DNA of 64,000 bases, from the NCBI GenBank assembly GCA_002498985.1, contig DAJO01000037.1, positions 3,356 to 67,355 of the forward strand, given 5' to 3'. The stretch is from Euryarchaeota archaeon UBA257. GTDB lineage: Archaea; Thermoplasmatota; Poseidoniia; Poseidoniales; Thalassarchaeaceae. Below the pieces are notes generated by a model. It saw only the letters and a program-made list of their open reading frames with translations, ran no database searches and was not told the DNA's origin. Positions within the stretch are counted from its first letter, which is position 1. Every line of letters starts with the position of its first letter. Below are positions 61,357-64,000 of this stretch, piece after piece. Position numbers and translations under genes: made by a program.

Positions 61357-64000
61357 ATGTCAAATCAATCGAACAAAGTTACAATTTGTTTGATTATGAC
61401 AGGTCTTTTAGTATTAATGCCACATTCAGGATTCTTAGCAAATTATGATAATAGTCACGAGGAAATTGAAAATAAATCTGCAGAATCATATTCATTAAAC
61501 TTTGAAGGAGTATGGATGGGTGGAGAGCAACCATGGCCTCAATCAGGTAAAACACCAGGCAGGGAATCTACTCCCCCCTCACATTCACCTGATGGTGGCG
61601 CAGGGATAGAATCGCCGGAAAATAATTCTGAATTATTATCTATAGTTAATCCTGTAATAAACTGGCAATACAGTAACTATGCGTTCTCAACTGATGCATT
61701 AGCAACACCTGTAGCCGACTTATCTGCATCAATAATTTCAGATGAAGAATCTTTGGAAAGATGTGGTGGCGATTCACTATTTGTGATAATTATTCAAACT
61801 GAAGATGTAGGAGGAGCACCTCACAGTTTTCTGAAAATTATTGAAGGAGAAGATGCAGATCTCGCTTGGGAAGTAGATTTGGGAGAAATTACAGATAGTG
61901 GAAGAGATGAAATAAAGGCCTCACCAGTAGTTGTTGATTTGGATTTTGACGGAAAACAAGAAATTATCGTATCTTATGATTTGAGTGGGACTTTCTATGT
62001 TAAAGCATTCTCACCAGAATTAATTTGTTCAGTTACAGGTTGGTCTCCTGGTGGGAGTCATGTGACTGAATTATTGTGGACTTATTCGGATTCGACATTA
62101 ATGATTGGAAGTGATGAGGGACCATACGTAGGAACTACTCGCGGAGGACACAAGCCAACCACTCAACCATTGCTAGCAGATTTAGATTTAGATGGTTCCG
62201 CTGAATTAGTGCTATCATTAATCGAAAAAAATAGTGATGAACCGGTAATCTTAGCTTTGGACATAACTGGGACTTCTGCTACCTCATTGTGGGAAAAAAC
62301 GTTGGATAAAGGAACACATCCCTCAGACCCTACATTTGTTCAAACTGATGAAAATACTGCCTTTATTTTACTAACATCTGTTCAAAGTTCGACAAGTGCA
62401 ATGTGGTTGTGGAAATTAGATGCTTCAGATGGTGATTCGAATTGGGATGGCAAATCATTAGATAATCTGAACGGTTTCGATTCTAATGTCCCACATATCA
62501 GACTCCCCGGCCCGGTCATTGCAAATCTTGATTCAGATATTGCCATGGAGTTAGTAGTAACCATTCCTTCTGATTTCGACGAAAATGGCGCCGCGTATGG
62601 AGCAGAATACTATGGCTTAGAAATCAGCGATGGGACTGAAATTTGGGATTTTGAGGCATCTAACGGATATGCTGATTCTGCACCAATCGTTATTGACACT
62701 GATGATGATGGAGACCATGACAGAGTTTGCTGGATCACATGGACAGTTTCAGGGATACTGGAAACAAATTTTGATGGATTTGCAGGATGTCATGATGGGA
62801 CTGATGGTTCTAATCCTCAACAAGCATGGAGTATTGAAATATTGGAACCGCAGGGTGCATTTAATGATGGGATAGCTGTATCATCGCCAATTTGGATGGA
62901 TATAGATAATTCAAATGAACCAGAATTAATTGTTCCTTACGGTACTGAAGTCAGAGCATTTGATGGAGAACTCGGCACTATGGCTGGCGTGAATTCGGAT
63001 TGGAATAATCCAATTGCAATTAATCATAGAGTTTGGTCGTCACCATCATTAGCAGATATTGATGGAGATGCAACACTAGATTTAATCCTAGGAGATACAG
63101 TAATTTCTCATGAAATTGCTGATATCAGACCTCAATTAGATGGTAGAAGTATAGAATTTAGCCCTGTAGCTCCAGATCCTGGTGAAACTGTCACTATCAC
63201 AGTTTCATTTGAAAATGCAGGAACTGCTGAAACAGACGAAGATTCAGATGTAATTCTATATGCTGATAATGAAATAATAGCACAAGAGAAGTTTGGAAAT
63301 ATGCAACCAGTTGACCCTACAGGTTCGGGTTCTTTATCGACATTCAATGTAGAATGGTCAGGAAATCTTGGCGAGCATGAATTTAAACTAGTTTTAGATC
63401 CTTACAGAAATATTACACAATCAAGATATGACAATGATATTCAAATTACCACATTAAATATTGTTAATCCGTATAACGCTAGTTTTGAGATACCAACAGA
63501 ACCAACTGTAGTCACACCGGGTGAAAGTTCATTATTTACGCCAAATATTCGTTCAACTGGAAGACTGGCAGGAGTTTGGAGCCTGTCAGTAGAAGATACA
63601 AATTTACCAAATGGATGGGCATGGAGTGACGAAACTTCTGGCGGTATTGAATCTATAGAAATAGGAGTAGGAGAGGTATGGACTCCAAGTCTGAGAATAC
63701 ATGCACCGAGTGATGCATTGGGTTCCGACTCGGGTTATTTGACGCTATCACTTACCCTAGATGATGATAATAATGTTTCAATTTCTGCACTTGCAGCAGT
63801 AGAGGCTAATAGGACAAGAGGGCTCTCTATTAGAGGACCAGATGGTACAGCGAATACTCTAGGATATGGCTTGACTGGAGAATATGCAGAAGCATGGATA
63901 CTGATTCATAATCTTGGAAATGCATTAGAAAACCAAATTATTATGTCATGGGATTCAACTACATGGGGCAATGACCTGAAATTATTTGATTTAGAAGGAA
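61357..64000 (+). CDS. partial secreted FG-GAP/VCBS-repeat protein with CARDB-like domain (runs off window end)
   Basis: Manual translation from the ATG at 61357 reads to the window end with no stop. Signal peptide (MSNQSNKVTICLIMTGLLVLM). Repeated DLDFDG / DLDLDGS / DIDGDATLD FG-GAP-like Ca-binding motifs. A later CARDB-like beta-sandwich (PDPGETVTITVSFENAG). It is absent from the ORF track because it has no stop. Confidence 0.7.
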   Translation, partial: MSNQSNKVTICLIMTGLLVLMPHSGFLANYDNSHEEIENKSAESYSLNFEGVWMGGEQPWPQSGKTPGRESTPPSHSPDGGAGIESPENNSELLSIVNPVINWQYSNYAFSTDALATPVADLSASIISDEESLERCGGDSLFVIIIQTEDVGGAPHSFLKIIEGEDADLAWEVDLGEITDSGRDEIKASPVVVDLDFDGKQEIIVSYDLSGTFYVKAFSPELICSVTGWSPGGSHVTELLWTYSDSTLMIGSDEGPYVGTTRGGHKPTTQPLLADLDLDGSAELVLSLIEKNSDEPVILALDITGTSATSLWEKTLDKGTHPSDPTFVQTDENTAFILLTSVQSSTSAMWLWKLDASDGDSNWDGKSLDNLNGFDSNVPHIRLPGPVIANLDSDIAMELVVTIPSDFDENGAAYGAEYYGLEISDGTEIWDFEASNGYADSAPIVIDTDDDGDHDRVCWITWTVSGILETNFDGFAGCHDGTDGSNPQQAWSIEILEPQGAFNDGIAVSSPIWMDIDNSNEPELIVPYGTEVRAFDGELGTMAGVNSDWNNPIAINHRVWSSPSLADIDGDATLDLILGDTVISHEIADIRPQLDGRSIEFSPVAPDPGETVTITVSFENAGTAETDEDSDVILYADNEIIAQEKFGNMQPVDPTGSGSLSTFNVEWSGNLGEHEFKLVLDPYRNITQSRYDNDIQITTLNIVNPYNASFEIPTEPTVVTPGESSLFTPNIRSTGRLAGVWSLSVEDTNLPNGWAWSDETSGGIESIEIGVGEVWTPSLRIHAPSDALGSDSGYLTLSLTLDDDNNVSISALAAVEANRTRGLSIRGPDGTANTLGYGLTGEYAEAWILIHNLGNALENQIIMSWDSTTWGNDLKLFDLEG

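Noticed and set aside
1-64000. CRISPR array, transposase/IS element, reverse transcriptase or diversity-generating retroelement
   Set aside because: No regularly spaced direct repeats, no Cas-like, transposase-like or RT-like ORFs were seen on reading both strands. The repetitiveness present is at the protein level (TSP3, beta-helix repeats).

Overview
The window looks like a low-GC (about 35-40%, judged by eye) archaeal chromosomal segment. Coding density is high, and almost everything before about 42 kb is on the minus strand. Archaeal housekeeping genes are clear from their motifs: DnaJ, PurD, AlaRS, RtcB with a separate archease, a class I/II aminotransferase, an HhH-GPD glycosylase, proline dehydrogenase, archaeal-type DtdA, a CarS-like protein, and the conserved rpoE1-spt4-rps24e-rps27ae operon. 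The S27ae gene is 59 aa and is missing from the supplied ORF track. Two tRNAs sit as a divergent pair at 52.6-52.9 kb: tRNA-Thr(GGU) on the minus strand and tRNA-Ser(GGA) on the plus strand. The accessory content is a large cell-surface glycoprotein island. It holds a 3168-aa protein with an AglB/STT3 oligosaccharyltransferase core (WWDYG motif) fused to an extra N-terminal polytopic domain and about 2200 aa of extracellular beta-rich sequence with a C-terminal anchor. It also holds giant secreted proteins packed with thrombospondin-type-3-like DxDxDGxxDxxE calcium-binding repeats (1906 aa and 1015 aa), beta-helix and lectin-like giant type-I membrane proteins (1409, 2386 and 588 aa) that share a TM-plus-aromatic/acidic C-terminal tail, two membrane-anchored S8 subtilases, and a wHTH-STAND-ATPase-TPR protein convergent with an MBL-fold hydrolase. 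A partial FG-GAP/CARDB surface protein runs off the 3' end. A GC-rich structured intergenic region at 61.1-61.35 kb, about 59% GC, is a candidate ncRNA with some resemblance to SRP RNA domain IV. No CRISPR array, integrase, transposase or reverse transcriptase was seen. Apart from the coordinates, every functional call is my reading of the translated motifs, not a database hit.
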